Source: Eledone cirrhosa (Eukaryota). Taken from it: a stretch of DNA of 64,000 nt. Below are positions 27,578 through 42,949 of the stretch, piece after piece. A program made the translations under genes and the position numbers. The stretch covers positions 124,001 to 188,000 of the forward strand of contig CAXHJY010001669.1 in the NCBI GenBank assembly GCA_964016885.1, written 5' to 3'. Position 1 is the first letter of the stretch; each line of letters starts with the position of its first letter. Below the pieces are notes generated by a model. It did no database searches, had not been told where the DNA came from, and saw only the letters and a program-made list of their open reading frames with translations.

Positions 27578-27996
27578 TCTTCTGTATTCAAGGAGTAATA
27601 TCGTTTTTTTTTTCTCACCAAGTATTTATTTCTATTCAACATTTTAATGATCTCTTAACACTAAATCATTATTTTTTAAATATCTTAACTCTAAATCATT
27701 ATATTTTTTACTTGGTCTTATTTTCGCTATTGTGCTCAATGTTCCAGGCATTAAAAATAATTTGACCCAGTTAGCTATTAAATAGAAGTACTTTAAAATA
27801 GAATCAAAATATTCCTCGAAATTAGTGATACGAAAAGAAGGGTTCATATATGTAGCCAGAAATAGATGGACTGGACCTAGAAAGGAGTAACTTCGTCTTT
27901 CTTTCTTTCAGAGAACGATGAAGTCGTATGGACATCGAAAAGTGGGAGGAGAGAGGGAAATGGTGAGGGAGAGAGAAGGAGAGCGAGAGATAGAGA

Positions 27997-28068
<72 letters not shown>

Positions 28069-28463
28069 AACGGTTTTAAGGTCATTTTGCCATGAAGTTT
28101 TATACTCATCATGAAGTCATATTTTTGAGGTACTGATTTTTTGATAGAAGAAGAAAAAGAAGAATCGAACCCAGTACTGGGTATGTTTGCTATTTAACGA
28201 ATCCCAAAGTGATGAAAGACAAAACTGATCCCAGTGGGATTTGAACTCATAAGCATTCTACTCATAACAACAACAAATGCATGAATTACATCTTGGATTG
28301 CATGAAAGAACCGTTGAAATAGTTATTATGAATAAACGATTTATGTAGCATCAGCTTCTTTCTTAATGTTATTCTTATACTGAATCTCCATCGTAACTAC
28401 AAACTGCGAATGTAGAGAGCTTTCTCCTGCTTGCTCCTGTTTTTACCAAAACAATCTCTACAG

Positions 28464-28534
<71 letters not shown>

Positions 28535-29969
28535 TCGCATGAAGAAAATGAGGGAAAAGAAAAGAGAAATTAATCAGAAGTTTATCTTAACAATCGTCGC
28601 AATAACCCAATTATTATTCAACTAAATTTATCTTTATTTCACACTACAATTTTGGCAAGTCCCACAGCCTAACTACGCCTACAAAGTGATAATCATATAT
28701 CTTTCAATCCAATTGTCAATCAGTCACAATAAAACATTTTTTTCTAAACAACGACCAGTCACAATACAATGTGTCGCCTATAGTCTAACTCTTCTTATTC
28801 ACATTCTGAAAGTTAAACTATAAAAATAACTGCAGACACCTCCACAGAGAAAGAAGGAATGATCCGATTAGTGGTCTTCGTCTTAATGATCATCTACTCT
28901 AATTGTAACATAAGAGATGCATTACAAATCTTTTCTATGCTAAATATATGATCAACTTATCAAGGAGATCACCCAGGGTGTTATGTAAGTATCCCTTTTT
29001 TATTTGTCTTCCCAGTCGATATACTCTCCAGCGTAGCTGGGTGCATCTACATGGTTGATCGACCGCTAAATATAACAGTCAGCCCTGGCGAATTGGCAAA
29101 AGCATTAGAGTATCGGGCGAAATGTCTTGCGGTATTTATTGCGGCTTTTTGCATTCTGAGTTCAAATTGAGTAGAGGTCATCTTTGTTTTTTATCCTTTG
29201 GAGGAAGGGGCAGGGGCGATAAAAAAACTACCAAGTGAGTACGGTGAAATGACGGAGTACGGTAGAGTGTCTGATTGGATACCTTACGTTATTTGTACCA
29301 GCTCTTGCATTCTCAGTTCAAATCCAGCCGTTGTCTACTTAGGTAGCAGAGTTATTCCCTCGCCCAGTAAAACACCACCACCTAACACTTGGATGACTCT
29401 AGTAGAGATAACTCTGGTTTACCGAATGTGTTGGTGCCATAATAAAATGCACCCAGCTGACTCTGTAAAATGGTAGGACTGTTACCACAATAAAATGCAC
29501 TCTGTCTACTCTGTAAAGTGGTAGTACTGATGTCATGCCGAAAAGCACCCAGCCCACACTTATAGTACCTAAAGAAGAAGAAGAAGAAGAAGAAGAAGAA
29601 GAAGAAGGTTTTAAAATCATTTAATCTTTACAATTGTTTCGACACAAATTTCATTAACTATTGCGTTGAGTAGTTATTGCAATCCACACGCAACATAGGA
29701 AAGGACCTTTAGAGAAGCACGTATCGTTTTACGTTTGTTTTTTGTTTTTTTCATTTGAAAAGATGTTTACCTTGTAATATTAGGATATTACCTTGAAATA
29801 ACTAGGATAGACAAAATGTAAGCAATAATAATAATAGTAGTAACAATAAAAACAATTTTAATTATAATAATTCAAGTATAAGGAAGACTACTTATATTTT
29901 ACACCTAGTATGTATTTAAATAGGTGTGTATCTATCTCATCAGAAGATTAAAGAATCAGTGTCATGGAA

Positions 29970-30035
<66 letters not shown>

Positions 30036-30332
30036 CTCTCTCTCTCTCCCCTCTCTCTCTCTCTCCCTCTCTGCCCCTCTCTCCCTCTCTCCCTCTCTCC
30101 ATATATATATATATATTGAAAGAGTGAAGAATAATATGGTCAACAGTACAAAAAGGGTTTTATTTACAGTATTAACAATTGTTTCACTGATTAAGTTGTC
30201 TAAAAATTGCTGAACACTTGAAGCTGTGCCACTCAATTTTAAATACGTTGTTAGCTTAACCAGACCACCTACGGAAACCTCTTGTTGAAACTTTTAACTG
30301 GATTACCTATAACGATATTTTGTTATCCCTTA

Positions 30333-30438
<106 letters not shown>

Positions 30439-31559
30439 AGTTAATATTTATAATATTTAGAATATTGTGAAGATATACACCACCGTCAAAGACTGTTTTA
30501 ATGTAACAGCTATCATCACGGTCACTTCATGGCATATTTACTCTCTTTCATTCCCCCTCTCGCCCTCTCTCGTTGTTACTGTTGATATTTTGTTTAATTT
30601 CACGGATTGTGGCTGTGTAGTAGTGGTGGTTGGTATTGGTGGTGGTCGTATTGGTGCTGGAGGTGTTCGTGGTTGCGGCGTTGGTGCTCATGGTGGTTGT
30701 TGTAGTTGGTAGAGTGTGTAATAATGGCAAACCAAGGGCAGTTGGTGTCGAGGGTATGGTGACATTGGTTGTGATGGGATTATGTTGGCGGTAGTTGTGA
30801 AGGTGGGGGTAGTATTAATGATGATGGTAGTGGTAGAGTGGCAGTAGTTTTGGTGGTGTTGGTTTAGGTGCTAGTAGTGGTAGTATTTCTATTGGCAATG
30901 GTTGTGGAGACGATAGTCGTAATTTTGCTACGTATTGGTGATGATGGTGATGATGGTAGGAGGATGATGGTTGTAGTAGTAGTAGTAGTGGTGATGATGG
31001 TAGGAGTTATGGTTGTTGTAGCTGTGGTGGTGGTGGAGGTAGTAGAAGTGGTAGGAATGATGGCTGTTGTGGTAGGGGCAATAGTAGAAGTTGAAGTGGT
31101 GATGATGGTATTAGAAGTGGTAGGAACGGTGGTTGTAGTAGTAATGGTGGTGGTGGTGGTGGTTATCTTAGTGGTAGGAACGGTGCTTGTAGCAGTGGAA
31201 GTAGTGGAATTATTGTGGTTGGGTGGTTGTCATGAAGTCTGTTATGTGACAGAAGGTTCGCAGAACAAGCATGATGAGTGCCTTTTCCAATCTAGACTTG
31301 CGAGAAAAGACAGATTGATATTTATATGGCAACTAAATTTCACGGTTGGTCACCTGAGACGGTTACCTCTTTTCACTTTCAGTGTTTTATTCATTTTCAA
31401 AAGTCTCATTGATTTCTAGAACTCTTAGATATATGTAGCTGTCGTCACATGAATCACTCAAACGTTCATCAGATGGTAAGTCAATGCCAGATATATGGGA
31501 CTTTTCTCTTTTTTATGTTAACAACTACACAACGTCAGATTTCATGCCTAGGTCCCGAT

Positions 31560-32420
31560 TATCGGTCCTAGCGACTCCAGTTGTGTTTCAGACTTCGCAA
31601 ACAATTCCAAATCATTCATAAACAACAGGTGGTTTAAAATTGTCTTGAAAAATACCTCTAATTATGTTCATATTGTCTCAGAACGTATTACAAGAGTAGA
31701 AATTACTTCTCCGGTCCTTCATGTTAGATTTTACCAATTTCCATATATTATCTGCCACCTTAAACATTTTCATATATTCAAGACTCCACGAATGGGAAAC
31801 CACATTGTAATTTTTTAAAAGTCTATCTATGCCATATTCAGGTTTGTCTTCCGGGATTTAGTCTTTGACCACTGTGTTGTCTACGTCAAGATAATCCTTC
31901 GTTCCCTCTGATTTTTTCCTGCAGCAATTTTTGTTTTATAGGGCAGTAACACTTGGTTAATAGGTGATAGTATGTTTTCGTACTCAGTATTCCAGTTAAC
32001 AGTTTCTAAAGCATATTTCAGTATACAGTAGGTGTGTAATTTTCAACTACAGGACCTTTTGTAGAGTCCTTCACAATAAGAGTGGTCCACCCTTCAATCA
32101 TCCCTCCACTGATGTGTTGGACAGAGTGGTACCTTATTCTGTGCAACATATTCATTAAGAGAGGTACCAATAATTTTATGCAGTGTATTAAACTATTTAA
32201 TCCAGTAACCATTGATATCGTCTGGTCCCGGAGCCTTTTAGTTTTCCAATCCTTTAACTTGCATCGCTGCCACTGGATAGAAACTGGGTCCTGTTTGAGT
32301 ATTTCTTCAAGCTGTCTTTGGATATCACTCAACCTTTACGTTGTGGTTCACAGATGTTCCCCACAAGTTGTTGCAAAAGATCGTAGCCTCATGTGGATCA
32401 GGTGGAAAAAGTACAAATCC
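31560..32420 (-). pseudogene. Dong/R4-like LINE reverse transcriptase relic
   Basis: TTLIVKD..ENY, GTKDYL and degenerate IDF.K.Y.VVSHSW motifs. Confidence 0.6.
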
Positions 32421-33186
32421 CAATAGTAGTCCGAAGATAGATCGATACATAGATAGACGCCAACTATATATGCTCAACACACTCAAATGAATACACACAT
32501 GCATATACATATACATATACATATACACCTACATTCCACTGCATAAACACTGGCACACACATAGCCACACACACACTCGTATACGTTTGCGCATATGGTG
32601 TAAATGTACATGCAGACATACACATACATATATACACCTACACACATACACTTATACATACATACATACATTCATACATTCATACATATAAACCTACATA
32701 CATATACGTACATAAACACATAGACATACACCACACACACACACGTATATACATGCATAAATACATACATACATACTTAAATACATACATGCATACATAT
32801 ATACATACATATACGTACATAAACACATACACATACACCACACACACACACATGTATATATGTACATACTTAATTGTATACATGCATACACGCATTCTTA
32901 TATACATGCATAGATATATACATACATATACGTACATAAACACACACACACACACAACTCTCGGCACACATATATATATATACATACAGAACGACAATCG
33001 ATAACCACCCCCACCCTCCCTGTCTCCCTAATGTCTGCAGGTCATCGAACCGTGTCGTCTGCTATTCCACATAGCATACATATATAGAGACGGAGTCACC
33101 AGGAAAAAATTCCAGTGGAGCAAATTGACAGCGTCTTCTATCCCCACCTTCACCTTCTAACAATACATCAACCACTGCAGCTATTC

Positions 33187-33221
<35 letters not shown>

Positions 33222-33392
33222 CCATGTCGGTGCATCCATTGCTTGCATCATCGTGTGCAATGCACTGTTCCGTTGGTGCATCTTTCTACTACTCGGGTCG
33301 TTTGGTTTGATAAATTTGAAATTTAACCGGCTCGGTGAAGAAGTGAGGCTATCTTGGTGTTTTGTGTGTGTGGTGGAGGAGGATGAGAGAGA

Positions 33393-33469
<77 letters not shown>

Positions 33470-33955
33470 AAAAGTGAGTGTTAGAGATAGTGAGTAATAA
33501 ACGAGGAAGAGTGAATGTGAGGAAGACAGAGAATGAGAGAGAGAGAGAGAGAGAGAAATGGAGAGAAATAGAAATAGAAAGAGAGAGTGGGTGAGGTAGT
33601 GAGAAAGAAAGAGGGAGTGAATGAGTGAATTACATCACCAGAGATTGAGAAATCGAACATAAATAAGATTGAGTAAGTGAAGAAGTGAGGAAAGGATGGA
33701 GAGAGAAGAAGAGAGAAAGGAGAGAAAGAGAGAGTGATAGAAGTAGGATGGGAAAGAAGAAGAAGAAGAAGAAGAAGAAGAAGAAGAAGAAGAAGAAAGG
33801 CGGTAAAGAATGAAGGATCCAGAAACAGTATGAAAGAGTGAAAAATGTTGAAAGTGAAAGCAAAGGAGAAATAGCAAACACATGGAGAGCCGATGGTGGT
33901 GGGGGATACACACACACACATACACACATGCTTACATACAAACACCACACCACAA

Positions 33956-33988
<33 letters not shown>

Positions 33989-34072
33989 CATACATACATA
34001 TGTGTGTATATATATATATATATATACATACATAATATATAAGAACAAAAGATGGTTAAAGGAGTTCCATGT

Positions 34073-34141
34073 ATTTTATTATGCGCATTTCAAAAACAAA
34101 CATCATCATGCAATAATATTTGTGTTTTCATCAGATAAAAC
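34073..34141 (-). ncRNA. Type I hammerhead ribozyme of PLE-B (long stem II)
   Basis: UUUUAU-CUGAUGA-AAA.ACAAAUAUUAU..AUGAUGUUUGU.UUU-GAAA-UGCGCA-UA-AUAAAA; palindromic AUGCGCAU stem III. Confidence 0.88.
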
Positions 34142-34494
34142 AGGAGGACATGATATGAAGGCTAAAAAACACTTGTGGATAGTGCAGTTTTAAATCAACA
34201 TATGAGAAGTAGTTTTAGATTGATGTGTGATATTGGGAAAAAAATATTTTATTTAGAGGGGGGCGGGGGGTGGAAAGGATGAAAAAAAGAGGAGGAGATG
34301 AGAGTGAGGGTGGAGAGGGAGGAATATAATGAGGAAGGATGAGATAGGAGGAGAGATGGGTGATAGAGAGAGAGAGATAGTTTTTATAACTGAGAAAGAT
34401 ATATTGTTTTACATAGAGAGGTTGAAAACCGTTGGAAGATAATGTATAAATTAAAAGAATTTGAAAATTAACGAAGGGAAAAATATGTGCGAGG

Positions 34495-35232
34495 AAGGAG
34501 AGGGAGTTAATATGTATTAGAATAATGAGTTTGATGATAGAGAGAAGAGAATAATGAATTGCGGATGAATATTCTGACGTCAAAAAAAGTGTGTATGTTT
34601 ACAAGTATTATGGAAATTTGAAAATTAACGAAGAGAAAAAAATGTAAAGTTAAGGTTTGTATATTGAAGGATTTGAGAAAAATAATGTGAAGTTAAGGTT
34701 TGTATATTGAAGGAATTGATAATATGTGCGAAGAAAAAGTTAATATGTATTGAGAATGAGTTACATGATAGGGAGAAAAAAATAATGAATTAAGGATGAA
34801 TAATCTGGCGTCAAAACAAATGTATATGTTTACGAAGGATTTTACAAGGTGAAAATAGAGTAAGGAGAGGGAGTTAATATGTATTAGAATAATGAGTTTG
34901 ATGATAGAGAGAAGAGAATAATGAATTGCGGATGAATATTCTGACGTCAAAAAAAGTGTGTATGTTTACAAGTATTATGGAAATTTGAAAATTAACGAAG
35001 AGACAAAAAAATGTAAAGTTACGGTTTGTATATTGAAGGATTTGAGAAAAATAATGTGAAGTTAAGGTTTGTATATTGAAGGAATTGATAATATGTGCGA
35101 AGAAAAAGTTAATATGTATTGAGAATGAGTTACATGATAGGGAGAAAAAAATAATGAATTAAGGATGAATAATCTGGCGTCAAAACAAATGTATATGTTT
35201 ACGAAGGATTTTACAAGGTGAAAATAGAGTAA
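34495..35232. repeat. About 367-bp tandem duplication in the PLE-B 3' UTR
   Basis: 34495-34861 repeated near-identically at 34862-35232. Confidence 0.9.
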
Positions 35233-35366
35233 GAGTAATGAGTAAACAAGTATTATAGAGTGTATAATACCCTTTGAAATAAGGTAGGAAGATGGGTATA
35301 TTTTAAAAGAGGTGTATGTATATGTGCCTTTGAGAAAAAGATTCTAAATTGAAAAAGAATTGAATA

Positions 35367-37789
35367 TTAGCTGTATACTTTGTGAAATGTTTTATGGAAT
35401 TTATGCAAGCAGATAGAAAACAAGTCAGTTCGTCTATTTATTATAGAATCTAGATTAGAGATAATGGTAAATTTTTCATTTAGGCAGAGATTGCAGATTT
35501 TAGATATAGAACTGTTCAAGTATAAAGACGCAGAAGAAACCTTCTTCCAAAAGATGGTATATTTAATGTTTTTGTCTTTCAAGGACCATATGAGTTCTGA
35601 GAGAGCCGTGTTGGTTCTTTTAAGTTTGAATTTAAAAGATGAATGATGATTATAGAGACGAGCTTTAAAAGAGGTGGAAGTGGAGCCAAAATAGGTGAAG
35701 GAATTGGTGTTAGTTATAACTTTACATTCATAAATTAAGTTTTTATCAAGACAATGGTTGTTGAGAGGACATTTATTTTTAATAGGGCAATTGCAATTGC
35801 AATTAGAAAGATTATTAATGAGTGACCTAGTGTTATCTATAGAAGGAATTGGATTGGAGAAGTTGTTTGCGATAGGAATAATAGTTTCTTGATTTACAGT
35901 TGGATTATGAACATTTAGCGAAGTTGTGTTTGACGTTGTATTTGGGTTTGCAGAAATTAGCCTAGGGTTTACAATGACGTCGGGAGTACTATTACTATTA
36001 TTATGAAATTCAGTGTTGGAAGGAAGAGATTTAGTATTTAGTATTTTATTGTTGTGTTTAGAGATAATGTTGGAAATATTGGAGGATGTAGAATAAGAAA
36101 ATTTTATGGTGTGTTTGTTAAATATTTTACTATAGATATGTGAGGGAGGGAAGCATTTATTTAAGGCACTAAAGAATAATTTAGGAATATTGTTATTAAT
36201 AGAGATGGAGAAAGGAGCATTATACCAGATTATGTTTTTGTATCTAGGTCTTTTATTAAAGTTATTGGAATGATCATGATTAATTATTCTATTGTAAGTT
36301 CTTCTAGAATTTGTTTCTTTACTATATTTGATTTTATCAGGATAGCCGGCTTTAGAAAGTGCGTTATTATAGTAATTGGCGTTAGCATCAAAGATGTTTT
36401 TATTAGAAGATAGGTTAGATATTCTTTTTCCAATATTACTAACTATAGCATTCTTGATAATAGTAGGATGGTTAGATTTAAAGTTAACATAATTTAGGTT
36501 CTCATTGTTTTTATGGTGAGGGTAATATAGGCCAGTGTCAAGTTTTTATGGTGAGGGTAATATAGGCCAGTGTCAACATCCAAGAAATTAGCTAGTTTGA
36601 TACTGTTATCAAATTCAATTTTTAGGTTATGTTGGTTAAAGAGATTACGTATATTGTTCTTAATAATATTAAGGTTAACTATATTGCAATTTAAGATAGT
36701 AAAGAGTCCATCGTCACGATAAATTCCACCGCGAAGTTGAGGAATTTTCCGACTCAAAGAGTTCAAAATAAAGATACCAATTAAGTCAGTCAATTGGGAT
36801 GAATCGGATGCTCCCATTGTGATGTCGAAGTTGTTAGAGGTATCGGCTCTGGTCCAATATTCGTTGTTGAACTCTAGGATGGTTTTACGTGCGGTGAGAA
36901 TGATGTGAAGTTCATCTGTGGTGATGTCAGAATATTTAAGTGCGAAAGATAGAGCATTATTGAGAAGTGAAGGCGAAATGGAGGAATAGTAGCTGGCAAT
37001 ATCAAATTGAATAAATTTTAGTTTGTTTTTATTATTCAATTTGTTGAACCAGCCAATCACTTCAGAAGTACCAAACCATAAATTTAGGTTCAAAGAAGAG
37101 CAATTAGAACGAACCTGTGGGATAATTCTATCCAAGATGGCTTTACTAACAACCCCCAGATCAGATTTAGAGGGGGCGATTAATCTAACAGGTAGTTCAG
37201 TGTGAAAATTGTTTTTGTGATCCTTGAGATTTATCCTCGGAGTTCTTGGGAGGAATGGTTCGGTCTTTTTTTCAATGCCAAGTTTTGACATAATCTCAGA
37301 GGCTTCAAGGTTTATGTATTCTAAATTTTCATGGTTGGTTTTATGATATTTTTTCCTAAGTTCCTTTAGGATAAGGTTGTTATAATTATCCTTGGAAATA
37401 CCATATAAGTTATTGGTTTTGTCAGAGTGGACTAAAACATTTTTTGAGGAATTTAGGTTAGAAATTGTGTTCTTGAGATTTACAAGGTGCTCTTGTCCTT
37501 TGTAAGGGTATCTCTTGAATTTAAGATTTTTTATTATTTTAGTTAACTCTTCCTCGAATTGCACTAGATTTTTGTTGGAAGGAGGATTTCTTCTAGAATT
37601 AAATAGATGATCGAGGAAGTTATGTTCTTTGGTATAGAAGTTCCCTTTTAGGCGCTGGTCATAGAAATAGGCTGTCCATCTAAGTCTTCTTACGAAGGAG
37701 TCAGTTTTTTCAATTAGAAGTTTGGTGAATTCAGATTTACCAGGTATAGGAATGTCTTTAGTTGAATTGGTTATGTTGTAATAATCCAT
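35367..37789 (-). pseudogene. PLE-B ORF (RT plus GIY-YIG), frameshifted by a 35-bp tandem duplication (36507-36576) and again near 36135
   Basis: RRLRWTA, SDKTNNLY, IQFDI, TMGA, IYRDD, FLDV, SNHP; CNC..CPLNNHCL..LIY..YFG. Confidence 0.92.
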
Positions 37790-37873
37790 GTTGTAGAAGA
37801 AGAAGTAAAAGACCATCAAAAGGTATCCAATATGAGAGTAAGCGCTCAACCGTTAAGGAGCAAGTTAATATAC

Positions 37874-37910
<37 letters not shown>

Positions 37911-37920
37911 CACACATATG

Positions 37921-39782
<1,862 letters not shown>

Positions 39783-39785
<3 letters not shown>

Positions 39786-40912
39786 ATTAAAATACTGGAG
39801 CGTGTTGGAGTTAAACACCCTCTTCGTATTATAGAAATGACAGTAAAAGGTATAGCTCAATGTAATTAAACAGAGCCGAAGAATTATGAAAATTTATTAA
39901 TACTACTGTGCATAGTATTTTCTGTCTGGCCCTTATTCACTCATTCACATATGTGTCTGTTTACCAACCTTGTAATTATAAGTAATTATATATTATATTA
40001 TGTTCATTATTTTATATTGAAGTTGTTATTGTACTATTGATCCTTATTACTTACCGATGATTTTATGTACCATTATGATATGTTAAATTTTATATATCAT
40101 GTAAGTTGTTTATATTTTTGTACCATCATAATTTTGGGTATTGTACAATTTATATTTTTTTCTCACCTACACTGTAACTCTATATGAATTGATTTGTTAA
40201 CTTACATGCCATTATATATTATATATTATTATATTATTATTATAGTATTATTGTGACATCTATATTGTTTGTGTAAATTAACCGGAGATTATCTATTATA
40301 TTATATTATATATTATATAATTATATAGTTTATTATATATTATATGTGTTACTTTTAATCGTTTCATTACTTCATGTTATACTGTATATTAGATATACGT
40401 ATTATTATTATTTTTATTCCTATTATGCTTATTTATATTTAAACTCTTAATAAGGTTTAATTTGTGCTGTTAATGATGGAAATGTGTATTGATGTATATG
40501 TATATGTGCGTACGTGTGCGTACATATATACATATGTATATTGTGCCTTTTAATTTTAATTTTAATTTTAATATTGTTACAAGTATATTATATTATATTA
40601 TATTATATTGTATTATATATAGTACTATAATACCCGCTCTATATAACCACCTTTAGTTTTTTTGCTTTGGACTATATTTGTAATATGGTTCAAAATGTTA
40701 TCCACCTCCTTAGTGATTTTTATTATATATTTTTACCCATAATCTTCCAATACTTTAGTGTATGTACACTCCATATTCTTCGGAGTTTTCGGCTTGTATT
40801 GGCCGATAGTACTTCTTGTGGTTTTGATTGCCCTGATGAGTCCTTAATAGGACGAAACATTGTTGGCTAATAAAGACTTTTGATGTATTGAAGGCTTCTT
40901 TGTTTTATTTTC

Positions 40913-40916
<4 letters not shown>
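39783..40916. mobile_element. ORF-less PLE-C-family insertion (minus-strand end 39783-39893 joined to plus-strand pseudo-LTR 39897-40916)
   Basis: Matches 41021-42163 in two orientations; flanked by (TA)n. Confidence 0.88.
40827..40871 (+). ncRNA. Type I minimal hammerhead ribozyme (family 3)
   Basis: AUUGCC-CUGAUGA-GUCCU UAAU AGGAC-GAAA-CAUUG-UU-GGC(U)AAU. Confidence 0.88.
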
Positions 40917-40973
<57 letters not shown>

Positions 40974-41168
40974 GCATACATACAAATGTATGTGTGTGTA
41001 TATATATATATATATATAAATAAGGGTTAAAATACTGGAGCGTGTTGGAGTTAAACACCCTCTTCGTATTATAGAAATGACAGTAAAAGGTATAGCTCAA
41101 TGTAATTAAACAGAGCCGAAGAATTAAGAAAATAAACCAAAGAAGCCTTCAATACATCAAAAGTCTTT

Positions 41169-41213
41169 ATTAGCCAACAATGTTTCGTCCTATTAAGGAC
41201 TCATCAGGGCAAT
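41169..41213 (-). ncRNA. Hammerhead ribozyme (family 3)
   Basis: Same core as 40827-40871. Confidence 0.88.
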
Positions 41214-42949
41214 TAAAACAACAAGAAGTATTATCGGCCAATACAAGCTGGAAACTCCGAAGAATATGGAGTGTACATACACTAAAGTATTACAAGATTA
41301 TGGGTAAAAATATATAATAAAAATCACTAAGGAGGTGTATAACATTTAGAACCATATTACAAATATAGTCCAAAGCAAAAAAAAGCCTAGAGCTAAACAA
41401 AGGTGGTTATATAGAGCAGGAATTATATATAATACAATATAATATAATATAATATACTTTTACCAATATTAAAATTACAATAAAAATCAAAAGGTACAAT
41501 ATACATATGTATATATGTACGCACAAGTACGCACATATACACATACATCAATACACATATCCATCTTCAACAGCACAAATTAAACCTTATTAAGAGTTTA
41601 AATATAAATAAGCATGATAGGAATAAAGATAATAATAATAATAATAATAATACATATACCCAATATACATGAGGTAATAATATGATATTATTATAAGTAG
41701 CACATATAATATATAATAAACTATACAATTATATACTATATAATATAATATAATAGAATAGATAATCTCCGGTTAATTTACACAAACAATATAGATGTCA
41801 CAATAATACTATAATAATAATATAATAACATATATAATATACAATATATAATGGCATTCAAGTTAACAAATCAATTCATATAGAGTTACAGAGTAGGTGA
41901 GGAAAAATAAATTGTACAATACCCAAAATTATGATGGTACAAAAATATAAACATCTTATATGATATATAAAGTTTAACATATCACAATGTTACATATAAT
42001 CAACGGTAAGTAATAAGGATCGATAGTACAATAACAAATACAATATAAAATAATTAACATAATATAATATATAATTACTTATAATTACAAGGTTGGTAAA
42101 CAGACATATATGTGGATGAGTGAGTAAGGGCCAGACAGTAAATAGAATGCACAGTAGTATTACAAATAAAATAAAATAAAATAAAATAAATAAATAAATA
42201 GAATCAACCGGAAATTAAAAAATTAAAAAACAAAAACAAAAGTATACATTCAGGTCTCACATGGCGTTAAGTAAAAACTTAGGAAATAACCCCGGTAAAT
42301 GACTCGAAAACCCTATTTGATAAATTAATATTAAAAATATTTAAAATATCCAATAAGGCAATATAATATTAGCTATGGTTTAAGTAATCAAAGTTTATAA
42401 ACGTTAATATTTCATTACAAATATTTACAAAAAGGAATGAAATTTTCTACTATCATATACATAACGATATCTAAAAAACTGACTTAAGCAGAATTATGGT
42501 AGGCTAATAGGGACAGAAATAAAGAAATATATAGAGGATACAAAAGGGCATAAAATCATAGTCAATATACTATATTAAATAATAGAAAGGAGCGTAAAAG
42601 AAGGGGGGAGGGATTAAATATAATCATAATCTATTTGGAGGGGTTGATAATAAGTTTATGTGCGCATGGGGGGGGGGGGGGTATCCAAAGAAGAATCCAA
42701 ATAAAAATAAAAATAAAATAAAATAAAATAAAATGAAATAAAATAAAATAATGTAAAATATATAATCAGATATATACTCATAAGGTGTTAATAGTGAAAA
42801 TTTAATGTGTAAGAAGATAGATATGGTATAGTAGCCAGATTATGAGAGCTAGAATAAAGAGTTGTCAAAAACCAATGATAATAATGATGATAATAATGGT
42901 GGTAAACAAAAAGAACCTAAACTAAAAAATAAGTAATGGAATATATCAG

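Larger units (their letters stand above)
34022..37880 (-). mobile_element. PLE-B (Naiad-like), unit-length copy between (TA)n tracts
   Basis: RT-GIY ORF, long AT-rich 3' UTR and terminal hammerhead. Confidence 0.92.
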
